Part shown: piece after piece, positions 1-10,538 of the stretch
Layout of the letters: every line of letters starts with the position of its first letter
How positions within the stretch are numbered: position 1 is the stretch's first letter
Notes under the pieces: generated by a model
What the model saw: the letters and a program-made list of their open reading frames with translations, nothing else
Databases searched by the model: none
What the model was told of the DNA's origin: nothing
Position numbers and translations under genes: made by a program
DNA from: an uncultured Planctomycetaceae bacterium
GTDB taxonomy: Bacteria; Planctomycetota; Planctomycetia; Isosphaerales; Isosphaeraceae
Length of the DNA: 64,000 bases
Assembly (NCBI GenBank): GCA_963833985.1
Contig: CAWIAD010000001.1
Coordinates: 1,632,001 to 1,696,000, forward strand
Direction: 5' to 3'

Positions 1-1718
1 GCCGCCGTGCCCATCCTGGAACACTTCCTGAGTCGGCTCCGCCTTCGCGAGTTTCTCTGCGACCACCTGCCCCATGAGGACGGCCGCACTCGGGTCCCCA
101 CGGCCACGGCCTTGCTCGTCCTGCTGCGCAACCTGCTGATCTCGCGTGAGCCACTCTATGGTGTCGGTGAGTGGGTGGCCCGCCATGAGCCGAAACTGTT
201 CGGGTTGTCCGATGTCCAAGTCGCCGCAATGAACGACGATCGAGTTGGCCGGGCCCTCGACCGTCTCTTCGACGCCAATCTCTCGGGGTTGGCCCTGAAG
301 GTCGCGGCCCATGCCGTACGCGAATTCGACGTCAGCCTCGACCAGTTACACAACGACTCGACCACCATCACTTTCCACGGTGACTACGAGTCGGCGGAGG
401 CGGAGCGAACCCTGCGGGGACAATTGCGGTTGGCGGTGACCTGGGGTCATAACAAAGACCACCGCCCCGACCTCAAGCAGCTACTCTACATCCTCACCGT
501 GACCGGCGACGGTGCCGTCCCGGTGCACTTTCGCGTCGAGAGCGGCAACGCCACCGACGACCGCTCTCACCAGGAGACCTGGGAGTTGCTCTGTCAACTG
601 ACCGGACGCCGAGACTTTCTCTACATCGCCGACTGCAAGCTGGCCACCACCGAGAACATGGCCTATCTGCATCAGCGCGGCGGTCGGTTCCTCAGCGTGC
701 TGCCGCGAACTCGCAGTGAGGACGGTGCCTTCCGCGGCGCCGTACTCCGGGGAGAGATCCAGTGGCGATGGACCCACGACAAGTACGACGACAAGGGACA
801 GTTGACCGACCGCTTCTCGATCTGCAAACCTGCGAGCCAGACCACCGAGGGTTACCGGCTGATCTGGTATCACAGCACACGCAAGGCCGAGTTGGATGCG
901 GAGGTACGGCTGACCCGGCTGGAGAAGGCGTTGAAACGACTGGACGAACTGCGTGCCAAGCTCGCCTCGTCCCGAACCCGGTACCGCAGTCGAGCCAAGG
1001 TCGCCGAGGCGGTCGAGGAGCTGCTCCGAGACTGTGAGGTCACCGAGTGGATCTCGGTCGAGATCGAGGAGCAGGTCACCGAAAAGTTCCGCCAGGAGCG
1101 ACGCGGCCGGCCTGGACAGGACACGCGGTACGTCCGAGAGGAGAAGCTCCGTTACTCGTTGAAGCATCGGATTGAGTTGGAGCGACTGGATGAGGAGGCC
1201 CGCTGTGATGGCATTTTCCCGCTGGTGAGCAACGAATCGAAGATGACGGAGCAGGATCTGCTCTTGGCCTACAAACAGCAACCGGCCATCGAACGACGGT
1301 TCGAGCACCTGAAGACTGACTTCGTGGTAGCGCCTATGTACCTGAAGGAGGTGAGTCGGATTCAGGCCTTGCTCTGCGTGTACTTCTTCGTGTTGCTGGT
1401 CGAGGCGCTGTTGGAGCGAGAACTCCGCCGCGCGATGGAACGAGCGGGAATCGAGAGTCTGCCACTGTATTCCGAAGGTCGGGCCTGCCGACGCCCGACG
1501 GCTCGAAAAGTGATCGACCTGTACGAGGACGTTCAAGAGCATTCCCTGAAGGCTGGGAAACGCCCTCTTGAGGTCTTCAGCACAGAGTTAACTCGGCTCC
1601 AGAAGAGGATCCTGCGCCTGCTGGGGATACCCAAAGCCTACGAGATTTGAACCTGACAGGCCGAAAGACGGCACACGGAAATTAGGAGATAGTCAAGGCG
1701 AGATGTGCGGAAAGTAGG
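1..1718 (+). mobile_element. IS1634-family element A (left end outside window; right end ...GATGTGCGGAAAGTAGG at about 1718)
   Basis: Transposase ORF, then about 70 bp of tail ending AAAGTAGG where the opposite-strand transposase B loses homology. Confidence 0.8.
7..1650 (+). CDS. IS1634-family DDE transposase (true start may lie upstream of the window)
   Basis: Motifs LHNDSTTITFHG, GHNKDHRPDLKQ, ADCKL, YKQQPAIERRF. Confidence 0.9.
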   Translation: MPILEHFLSRLRLREFLCDHLPHEDGRTRVPTATALLVLLRNLLISREPLYGVGEWVARHEPKLFGLSDVQVAAMNDDRVGRALDRLFDANLSGLALKVAAHAVREFDVSLDQLHNDSTTITFHGDYESAEAERTLRGQLRLAVTWGHNKDHRPDLKQLLYILTVTGDGAVPVHFRVESGNATDDRSHQETWELLCQLTGRRDFLYIADCKLATTENMAYLHQRGGRFLSVLPRTRSEDGAFRGAVLRGEIQWRWTHDKYDDKGQLTDRFSICKPASQTTEGYRLIWYHSTRKAELDAEVRLTRLEKALKRLDELRAKLASSRTRYRSRAKVAEAVEELLRDCEVTEWISVEIEEQVTEKFRQERRGRPGQDTRYVREEKLRYSLKHRIELERLDEEARCDGIFPLVSNESKMTEQDLLLAYKQQPAIERRFEHLKTDFVVAPMYLKEVSRIQALLCVYFFVLLVEALLERELRRAMERAGIESLPLYSEGRACRRPTARKVIDLYEDVQEHSLKAGKRPLEVFSTELTRLQKRILRLLGIPKAYEI

Positions 1719-2976
1719 ACGAATAGTAACGATAGCCATGGTTTCGTTGCAGGAGGCGCTCGGCTGCGGCGCCAATCTTCTCGGGCTGTTTCAACTTCCC
1801 TGCCGCCACACGCCCCTGCAACTTCTCGAGCGATTGATGTGTCCGCTCCATGGCCTTCTGACGCATGGCTTGCTCGTATTCGCGGCGCTCGTCGGAATCG
1901 ACGATGATTATCCGCAAACCTTCAACTCCTGACGGCACCTCTTGCGCCCGAGTGCGCGGTGGATTGGCCTTTTCCCGGGCGGTGATCCCTACCGGGCAAG
2001 AAATCCACTTGGCATCGTCGAGGGCAGCCAGCCACTTGGTCAACTTTGCGTTCCGCCTTCTCTTCACGCCCACAAGATAGCCATGCTTGTCGCCAGTGAT
2101 CGCTTCCAGATTGTCATTGGTGATCATGCCTCGATCGCCGACAAAAACGAGGCGGCTGAAACCAAATCGCTGGTGCAGATCACGAATGGCTTTCTGCACG
2201 GTCTGGTGGTCGACTTCGTTGCCGGCCCAAACGTGATGAGCGATCGGCCAGCCGCCCACCATCACCACTCCGACGATCACCTGGACGTTGTGCGGCTTGC
2301 CGTCCCGACTGTAGCCATGCTTGGCGAAGTTGGCCGGTCCAGCTCCCTCGAAGTAGGTGCTCGTGATGTCATAGAGCACCAGGTCCGGCTTGATACTGAA
2401 CAGGTCGCGAAGGCGGTGATAAAGAGCCACCTCGATCCGTTCCTTGGCGTCCACGAGTTGATCGAGGGTCCGGTACCAGGACTCCAGTTGGCGAAAGTCG
2501 ACGCGAACCCGCTTGTGCTGGTGCCAGCGAGGAACAAAACGGCGGCCTTGGCGATCACAGACGAAGTCGGTCTCCAGCCACCCCGCCAAGCCGTGTTCGC
2601 TGGCGGGGTGAATCAGGCGATTGGCAATGAGCACGAAGGCCCGGTCAGTAAACGGCACGCCTTTGGCTTTGCCGAGTGATTCGTCGAGGATGGTCCAGAG
2701 CCCGAGTTGGTCGAACAAGGCCCGGACGGCGAGGACCGGCCCCCAGGTGGAAGCGTCCAGGATGTCGAGATCCTCGTCCCCAGCGGACTCCGACTCGACA
2801 TCTTGACCGAGCAAGCGTTTTAGCTTGGGAAACAATTCCGCAAGCAGGTCCTTGCGTCCCAGATCGGCCACGGTGCGTTGCTTGACCTTACCGTTGTCGC
2901 GATAGGCTTCGACGACGCGGACGTACTCGTTCAGCGCACCGCTGGACGACCGGACTTTTATGGTTCTCAGGTACAT
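1719..2976 (-). pseudogene. IS1634-family transposase, C-terminally truncated
   Basis: MYLRTIK...YVRVVEAYRDNGKVKQRTVADLGR, LYDITSTYFEG, GYSRDGKP, VGDRGM; lacks the C-terminal Y...IE..F catalytic Glu region; last residues (SYFPHISP*) are read from element A's end. Confidence 0.85.
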
Positions 2977-3164
2977 GTCGTGAAGTATCACGACGGAACG
3001 CGCCGATTTCAAGGCGAAATCAAGGTAAATTCCGAAGTAATCGCGTCGATATTGTCACTACACTTTTCGGAAAAAAACGGGTATGCCGCTCGCCAACCCC
3101 TGGAAAATAGAGGAATTATGCGTGGCAGCAGTCGCGCGGAAGGCGATCTCACCCCAAACATGGG
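1719..3164 (-). mobile_element. IS1634-family element B, interrupted by element A; outer end CCCATGTTTGGGGTGAGATC on the minus strand
   Basis: Transposase plus an AT-richer leader; sharp switch to high-GC3 coding sequence after ...AAACATGGG at 3164. Confidence 0.75.
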
Positions 3165-6069
3165 CTACGCCGGCGACGCGACGTTTGTCGACCTGCGGAA
3201 CCTGCTCCTTCCGTGGGGCAAATTCTCCGGTACGACCTACAGCTCCAACCCGTCGCTCAAGCTCAACTCCACCGGGTATCCCGAGTCCACCGCGGGGACC
3301 TACGCCGAGATCAACAATTATCCCGACGGGAATTACCAGGTCAGCTATTCCGGGCAAGCCACGCTTGACTTCTTTGGAATCGGGCAGCTTGCGGGCCCGG
3401 CCACTCTGGGCAGCGACGGGCTCTATCACGCCGTGCTCAACGTGAACCACGCGATCTACCCGGACCACAGCACGCTCATGCTCCAGGTGGCCGGGCTGAA
3501 CACCGCCAACCCGTTCGGCAACCTGAAGATCATCATGCCCGGCTATGGCACCAATACCGCGCAGGTTTATACCAATGCGCTTTTACACGACCTTCAGCCC
3601 TTCTCCTACATCCGCATGGTGGAGTGGAACGGCACGATCAACTCCACCCAGGTGAACTGGTCGGACCGCGTGCTTCCGCAGAACTTCCTGGCCACGGGGC
3701 CGAACGGAGTCTCCTACGAACAGATCATCGCCATGGCCAACGAGGCCAACAAGGACCTCTGGATCAATGTTCCGGCCATGGCCACCGACAGCTACGTCCA
3801 GAGCCTGGCCCAGCTCATCCAGCAAGACCTGAACCCGAACCTGAAAGTGTACGTTGAGTACAGCAACGAGACCTGGAACAACTCGTTCGCGGAGTACTCT
3901 CAGGTTCTTGCCGCGGCCGACAAGAACCCGCTGGTGACCGACAAGAGTAATCCCGGGCTGGCGGTCGGCCAGCAGACCGCGTACATGACCAAGCACATTG
4001 GCGACATCTTCAAGCAGGTCTTCGGCAGCCAGTCCAGCCGCGTCGTACCGGTGCTCGGCTCGTGGGCGGCCGTACCCAGCTATAACCAGACAGAGCTGGC
4101 GTTCTTGCAGTCGAACTACGGCGCGGTGAGCAACTCCATCGGCGTCTTTGCCATCGCTCCGTACATCACGCTCGCGCCCAATACGGACGTGTCCGGGATG
4201 ACGATGACCCAGCTCTTCAATTCCATGGAAACCATGCTGAACACGGAGATCTCGAGCTGGCTGACACAGAACGAAGCACTCTCGAAGACCTATGGCGTTC
4301 CCGTCATCAGCTACGAGGCCGGTCAGGGGCTTTATCCCTACAACAGCAAGAACCCGCAGCTCGAAATTCAGGCGCAGAGCAACCCGGGAATGTACACCCT
4401 GTACTCGAACCTGATCGCCATGTGGGAAAAGGACATGGGCACTCCGCTCACTTTCTATGCCCTGAATGACAGCTTCTGGGGACTGTTACCATCGGTGACC
4501 TCGCCCGGCGGACCGAAATGGGACGCGGTGATGAACGCCATCCTGCCAGCCGGCGATGCCGACCTCGACGGCAAGGTCACCGCCGCCGACATCAACATCA
4601 TCGAGGCCCACATGGGCCAGACCAACGCCACCTGGGGCGATGGGGACTTCAACCACGACGGCGTGGTCAACGCGCAGGATCTGGCGCTGGCCGAAGCGAA
4701 CCTGCCGGCCACCCCGGCGGCCGCCACATTCGTCGCCCAGGACTCCACCACCCAGGGGAACTGGAAGGGCGTGTACGGCAGCGACGGCTACGACATCATC
4801 GCCGACACCTCAAGTCTCCCCGCCTACGCGAAGCTCTCCACGACGGGAGCGACATCCTACGTCTGGTCCAGCAGCACCAGCGACCCGCGCGCCCTCCAGA
4901 AGGCCGACGCAGGCGCCACCACCGGCATTGCCGCTTGCGACTACAGCGCCAGCGGAACCTTTACCGTGAACATCAATCTGGCCGACGGTCTGACTCATCT
5001 CGTGAGCATCTACGCCCTCGACTGGGGAGCCGCGGGAAGGTCGGAAAAAGTCCAGGTGGTGAACGCGTCCACCGGCGCAGTACTCAACACCCGGACGCTG
5101 TCTTCCTTCTCCGGCGGTATGTACCTGTCGTGGCAGTTGACGGGCAACATCCAGCTTCGCTTCACGGGTATCTCGGGGCCAAACCCCGTGGTCAGCGGCA
5201 TCTTCTTCGACCACGTCGGCGCCAGCATGTTCGCGGGGACGGACACGACGACGAAGGGCAACTGGCAAGGCGTCTATGGCGGCGCCGGCTACCTCGTGAT
5301 TGGCAACGCGGCCAGCCTGCCGTCCTACGCCCAGGTTACTGCGAGCGCCCAGCAGAACATCGTCTGGAGCGGGAGCACGACTGATGTTCGAGGGCTTCAG
5401 GAAGCTGGTCCCGGCGGCACCGGCCGCATTGCCTCCGCCTGGAACAACCCGGACGGACAGTTTAGTGTGAACATAAATCTCACCGACGGCCAGTCCCACC
5501 CCGTCAGCATCTATGCCGTCGACTGGAATAGCAAGGGGATCTCTGAGCGCGTGGATGTCATGAATTCAACCACCGGCGCGGTGCTGGACTCCCGGTTGCT
5601 CACCGGTTTCTCCGGAGGCGAATACCTGACATGGAACCTGAGCGGCAACGTCACTCTCCGGTTCACCGGCCTCACCGGCCCCCACCCGGTCGTCAGTGGC
5701 ATCTTCTTCGACCATGTTGCGTCAGCGCCGGCCCTCGTCGCGTCGGGCATGACAACGCAGGGAGGGTCGAAGAGCATGAACGTCGCCAGTGGGATCGACG
5801 TCCCGAGCAATACCTCCAGCCTGCTGGCTTCCGTCCAGGTCTCGACGGCAGGGACGATCCCCCATGCCGTGCCCAGCAGCACCAGTGACCCCGGCGCCCT
5901 CCTGAAGGCCGGCACTGGAGCGGCCGCGCTCGTGGCGGCAAATGATTCCAGGCCGAATGGCTCCCTCATGGTGAACATGAATCCTGACGCCGGCAAGCCG
6001 CGCACCGTGAGAGTCTCTGGTATCAACTGGAACCAGAAAAGGAAAGTCCGGGCAGGTCTGCGGTGGTGA
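3165..6069 (+). pseudogene. 5'-truncated extracellular putative glycoside-hydrolase/cellulose-binding-type protein with dockerin-like domain and tandem TTxGNWxGVYG repeats
   Basis: YVEYSNETWN and SYEAGQ (clan-A-like Glu pair); GDADLDGKV...GDFNHDGVVNAQD dockerin-like repeat; two ~165-aa repeats; ORF part upstream of 3165 is IS sequence. Confidence 0.75.
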
Positions 6070-6090
6070 ACGCGCCCGCCGGTACAGGGC
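4720..6090 (+). repeat. Intragenic tandem domain repeats: about 4720-5218, 5221-5718 and a degenerate third copy about 5722-6090
   Basis: Copies 1 and 2 share DxTTxGNWxGVYG...PVVSGIFFDHV; copy 3 keeps TTQG, SSTSDPxALxKA and a VNxN motif. Confidence 0.8.
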
Positions 6091-6479
6091 GTTCGCTCAT
6101 TCCCGAGGCTCCCCCGGGAGGCCTTCCGCGACCGGGGATCGCCAGCGCGCGGTTCCCGGTGCCCACGCTCAGGCCGAGCTGGTGATCACTCTTCCTGGCA
6201 GTCCCTTCCCGCAGATCTCCATGGCCGGCGGTTGCTCTCTTGATCTTCCTTACCCGCCGCGCGACACTCTCCATTTCCACCTTGCCTCCGCTGACACTGG
6301 CACGGAATCGACCTGTTCGGGCATGAACTTGTCGGTGTGTTCGCGAACATCGACAGGAAATGCTTCCTGAGGGGCGGTTGCACGTGACGCATGAAGCAGG
6401 GTCATCTGGTGTTCCGTCCAGTGGCGTGCTTTGCTTGACCGGGTGAAGTACTGGCTTTGCTGTTTGAGGAGCTCTCGCT

Positions 6480-9400
6480 GTGCTGGCCGTAAGACAGGCA
6501 ACCACGAAGCAACCCGGATCCAGGCATCCACTGCTGGGGCTGGTCATCTCCCAGGCCCTGGGTGCGTTCAACGATAATGCGTGGAAGCAGATCGCGGTGC
6601 TGCTGGTGATCACGGCAACCGCCAGCGAAACGGCCTCTCAGGAGCGTACGGCCCTGGCCCAGCTCGTCTTGCTGGTGCCGCTGATTGTCTTCAACCTTCC
6701 CGGCGGCGTCCTGGCCGACCGCTACAGCAAGCGAAGCGTCCTGCTGGGAACGAAATTCCTCGAGCTCGCACTCATGGTGGCGGGCGCGATTCTGCTCTGG
6801 ATGGTTCCGACGGGGGGCACGCCTGCCCTGGTGATCCTGGGCCTGCTGGGGGCACAGGCGGCGCTTTTCAGCCCATCCAAGTACGGCATCCTGCCCGAGA
6901 TCCTGCCCCACGAGCGGCTTTCGGCAGGCAACGGCCAGATCGAGATGTGGACCAGCCTGGCGATCATCGGCGGCACCGTGGCGGGTGGGGTCATCGTCTC
7001 GGTCACGCGGGCACAACCCTGGCTTGCGGGGTTGCTGCTGGTCCCGGTCTCCGGGCTGGGGCTCTCCGCGGCGCTCTTCATCCCGCACGTTCCGCCGGGC
7101 CGCACCGAGGGAGGGCTGGGCGCAACATTCCAGCGCGGCTGGACGGCGATCCGTGGCGACCGCATCCTCCGGCTGGCGATTCTTGGCCAGGCCCTGGTCT
7201 GGACGATTGCCAGTCTGATCCCCGCGGCGGTGCTCGCCTATGCCATGAAGACGCTGGGACTCGAGGAGTGGCAGTCCGGCTTTCCGCTCGCGGCCATCGG
7301 CATCGGCATCGGCCTTGGCTCGCTGGCCGCCGGGCAGCTCTCCGCGGCGAAGGTGGAGTATGGCCTGGTACCGCTGGGGGCCCTGGGGCTTACACTCGCC
7401 ACTCTGGCATTCGCCGTGACCGGCCCTGCGCTGGCGGGCACGATCCTTCTCATGGGTCTCATCGGCTGCTCCGCGGGACTGGTTTTCGTGCCGCTGGCCG
7501 CACTGATCCAGTGGCGTTCACCCGGGGATCGGCGGGGCGCGGTCATTGCCCTGGGTAACATGCTCTCCAACCTGGGCATGGTGGCCGGTTCGCTCATTGC
7601 ACTGGGTCTGGCATGGGCGGGGCTGTCGGCGCGCGAGACCTTCCTGGGCGCGAGTATCGTGCTGGCGCTGGGAACCGCCTGGGCGCTCTGGCTGGCGCCT
7701 GACGCCCTCTTGCGGTTCTTGCTCATCATGCTGGCGCACTCGCTTTACAAGCTGCGTGTGCTGGGCCGGCAGCACGTTCCGGACCACGGCCCTGCGCTCC
7801 TGACGCCGAACCACGTCTCGTTTGTGGACGGCCTGTTCGTGATGGGCACGATCGACCGGCCGATCCGCTTCGTGGTCTACGCGGAATACTTCAACCGGCC
7901 GCTCCTGGGCCGGTTCCTGCGCACCATGGGGGCCATTCCCATTGCCAGCCACGGCGGCCCCAAGATGATTCTCGAGGCTTTTCGCGAGGCCGGGAGGGCG
8001 CTCGACGAAGGCGAGCTGGTGTGCATCTTCCCCGAGGGGCAGATCACCCGGACGGGCATGACGCTCCCCTTCCAGCGGGGCCTGGAACGCATCGTCAAGG
8101 GACGCGAGGTGCCGATCATCCCGGTGCATCTGGATCGAGCCACTTCGAGCGTCTTCAGCCCCGTGCGGCGGAGCTGGATCCCCGAGCGGCTCCCGCTGCC
8201 GGTGACGGTCTCGTTCGGCACACCGCTGCCCGCGACCAGCTCCGCGGCAGAGATCCGCCAGGCCATCGCAGAGCTTGACCAGCGCGCCTGGGAGCACCGC
8301 AAGGCGGATCGCCGGCCGCTCCATCACCAGTTTGTTCGCCACGCCCGGCAGCATCCGCTGCGGCTGGCCCTCGCCGATGTGATCAGCGGTGAGCTCTCCT
8401 GCATCAGGGCACTGGCGGGGGCCATCGCGCTGGCCCGCGCATTGCGGCCTCGCTGGCACGGCCAGGAAGCCGTTGGCGTGCTCCTGCCCACCAGCGCGGG
8501 GGGATTGTTGGTGAACCTGGCCGCGGCATTCTCCGGCCGCGTCGTGGTCAACCTCAACTTCACGGCCGGCAAGCCCGCCATGAGCTCGGCGGCCGCTCAG
8601 GCCGGGCTGCGCACGCTGGTCAGCAGCCGTAGCTTCGTGGAGAAGGCCGCGCTCGAGATACCCGACGGCCTCGAGGTCATCTGGCTGGAAGACCTGCGCC
8701 GCACGATTCGCCGCAGAGACCGCGCCAGCGCCTTCCTGCTCGCGTGCCTGTCGCCGGTCCGCTGGCTGGAGACGCTTTGCGGAGCCCAGCGCCGGATCTC
8801 GGTGGACGACACCCTCGCCGTGATCTTCAGCAGTGGCAGCGAAGGCGATCCGAAAGGCGCCGTCCTCTCCCACTTCAATATCGACTCGGAGATCGAGGCC
8901 ATTGGCCAGGTGTTCCATATCTACGCGACGGACCGCATCCTCGATGTTCTGCCGCTCTTTCACTCGTTCGGCTACCTGCTGCTGTGGCTGGGGACCTGCC
9001 GGGGCATGGGGCTGATCTGCCATGTCAAGCCGCAAGATTCCGGGGTCGTCGGCGAGCTCGTCGAGAAGTACTGGGCCACCGTGCTTTTCGCCACGCCCGC
9101 GTTCCTGCACATCTACACCAGGCGCTGCACACCCGGGCAATTTGGCTCGCTGCGGCTGGTGATCGCCGGTGCCGACAAGCTCCCTGAGCCCGTCTCGCGC
9201 GCGTTCGAGGATCACTTCGGCATCCGGCCCCTGGAAGGTTATGGAGTGACCGAGTGCTCTCCCGTGATTGCCGTGAACGCGCCGGACTTCCGCGCTCCGG
9301 GCTTCTACCAGCTCGGCGCAAAGCGCGGCACCGTGGGCCACTGCTTGCCCGGCGTTTCCGTGCGGATCATTCCGGCGGAGAGCATCGCCGGCATGGACCC

Positions 9401-9926
9401 GCTCGAGAACCTGGAGCCGATCACCCCCGTGCCGGCCAACACCGAAGGGATGATCCTGGTCAAAGGCCCAAACGTGATGAAAGGCTACCTGCTGCGCGAC
9501 GACCTCACGCGCAAGGCCCTGTGCGATGGCTGGTACGTCACCGGCGACCTCGGCAAGCTGGACGAGGATGGTTTCCTGACGATTACCGGCCGCCTCACCC
9601 GGTTCTCCAAGATCGGCGGGGAGATGGTGCCCCACGTGCGAGTTGAGGAGGCCCTGAACGACGCGATCGGCGCCGAGGAACCGGTCTTCGCGGTCACCGC
9701 AGTCGCCGACGGCCGCGAAGGCGACCGGCTGGCCGTGCTGCACACCACCTGCGACGACCGGGTCAACGAGGCGCTCGAGAAGATGCGCAAGCTCGGTTTG
9801 CCGAACCTGTATCTACCGCGGCGCGATTCGTTCGTGAAGGTGGACGCATTGCCATTTCTGGGAACCGGCAAGCTTGACCTGCGCGGGCTCAAGCGCATCG
9901 CCGGCGAGGCCCTGGCCAGGGCGTAA
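6480..9926 (+). CDS. aas: Aas-like fusion: LplT-type MFS + PlsC-type acyltransferase + AMP-binding acyl ligase
   Basis: MFS N-terminus (FNDNAWK, FSPSKYGILPE), NHVSFVD and FPEG, IFSSGSEGDPKG, EGYGVTE, TGDLG, GTGKLD. Confidence 0.9.
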   Translation: MLAVRQATTKQPGSRHPLLGLVISQALGAFNDNAWKQIAVLLVITATASETASQERTALAQLVLLVPLIVFNLPGGVLADRYSKRSVLLGTKFLELALMVAGAILLWMVPTGGTPALVILGLLGAQAALFSPSKYGILPEILPHERLSAGNGQIEMWTSLAIIGGTVAGGVIVSVTRAQPWLAGLLLVPVSGLGLSAALFIPHVPPGRTEGGLGATFQRGWTAIRGDRILRLAILGQALVWTIASLIPAAVLAYAMKTLGLEEWQSGFPLAAIGIGIGLGSLAAGQLSAAKVEYGLVPLGALGLTLATLAFAVTGPALAGTILLMGLIGCSAGLVFVPLAALIQWRSPGDRRGAVIALGNMLSNLGMVAGSLIALGLAWAGLSARETFLGASIVLALGTAWALWLAPDALLRFLLIMLAHSLYKLRVLGRQHVPDHGPALLTPNHVSFVDGLFVMGTIDRPIRFVVYAEYFNRPLLGRFLRTMGAIPIASHGGPKMILEAFREAGRALDEGELVCIFPEGQITRTGMTLPFQRGLERIVKGREVPIIPVHLDRATSSVFSPVRRSWIPERLPLPVTVSFGTPLPATSSAAEIRQAIAELDQRAWEHRKADRRPLHHQFVRHARQHPLRLALADVISGELSCIRALAGAIALARALRPRWHGQEAVGVLLPTSAGGLLVNLAAAFSGRVVVNLNFTAGKPAMSSAAAQAGLRTLVSSRSFVEKAALEIPDGLEVIWLEDLRRTIRRRDRASAFLLACLSPVRWLETLCGAQRRISVDDTLAVIFSSGSEGDPKGAVLSHFNIDSEIEAIGQVFHIYATDRILDVLPLFHSFGYLLLWLGTCRGMGLICHVKPQDSGVVGELVEKYWATVLFATPAFLHIYTRRCTPGQFGSLRLVIAGADKLPEPVSRAFEDHFGIRPLEGYGVTECSPVIAVNAPDFRAPGFYQLGAKRGTVGHCLPGVSVRIIPAESIAGMDPLENLEPITPVPANTEGMILVKGPNVMKGYLLRDDLTRKALCDGWYVTGDLGKLDEDGFLTITGRLTRFSKIGGEMVPHVRVEEALNDAIGAEEPVFAVTAVADGREGDRLAVLHTTCDDRVNEALEKMRKLGLPNLYLPRRDSFVKVDALPFLGTGKLDLRGLKRIAGEALARA

Positions 9927-9977
9927 CACCCGGCGTTGCACCTTGCGGGTTCGTCCGCATCGATACCCGTCGATTCG

Positions 9978-10364
9978 TCAGAGACCGACCCGATCCCATT
10001 TCTGGAACAGCCGCTCCAGGGCCGCGATGGCGGAGTGCAGGCGTTCGCGGTCTTCCTCGTAGAGGGCGCCCGTTTCCAGAGGCATGCGCCGGACTGCCTC
10101 GGCCACCTGGTCACGGGCACCCATCATCTGGTGGAAGAGCCTCTCGTAGCCCGTCCGGTCGGGATGGGTTGCCAGCACGGACAGCTTCTCGGCCACAGTG
10201 CCGATCTTCTGCTCCCAGGAGCGCAGCGTGTCCTCGAGCATCTGGCGCTCGCCAAAGTGGTTGCGCTGGGGATACGAGGGATTCTTGACGGGCTTGCTGC
10301 CGCTGGGCGGAGTGGCCACGGCAGGCTCGACGGAGCCAGGCGTGATGGAGGCAGGGGAGGACAC
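9978..10364 (-). CDS. Hypothetical helical protein (128 aa)
   Basis: 3' part of ORF 9978..11252; GTG at 10364 preceded by AGGAG; fills the gap between genes. Confidence 0.65.
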   Translation of the reverse strand: MSSPASITPGSVEPAVATPPSGSKPVKNPSYPQRNHFGERQMLEDTLRSWEQKIGTVAEKLSVLATHPDRTGYERLFHQMMGARDQVAEAVRRMPLETGALYEEDRERLHSAIAALERLFQKWDRVGL

Positions 10365-10538
10365 GATGGCAGCTTCTCCTCGGCATGAAGGCTTCACATT
10401 GAGGGAAATGGGAACGAGCGATAGAATCCGTCGCCCCAGGCCAGAGACGGTATTGTGATCGAAGGGACGCGACATGGCTAGCCCGCGCATGGGAAACCGT
10501 CGCGGACACGAATCGTGACACGAGTCCAGGGAGGGACG

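Noticed and set aside
2878..3164. N-terminal ~95 aa of the 1063-aa ORF
   Set aside because: Antisense read-through of IS element B, not part of the native gene
7518..9743. 741-aa minus-strand ORF and similar long antisense ORFs (39098..41065, 53651..55648, 16572..17993, 30728..32131)
   Set aside because: Shadow ORFs opposite well-supported genes, expected in high-GC DNA
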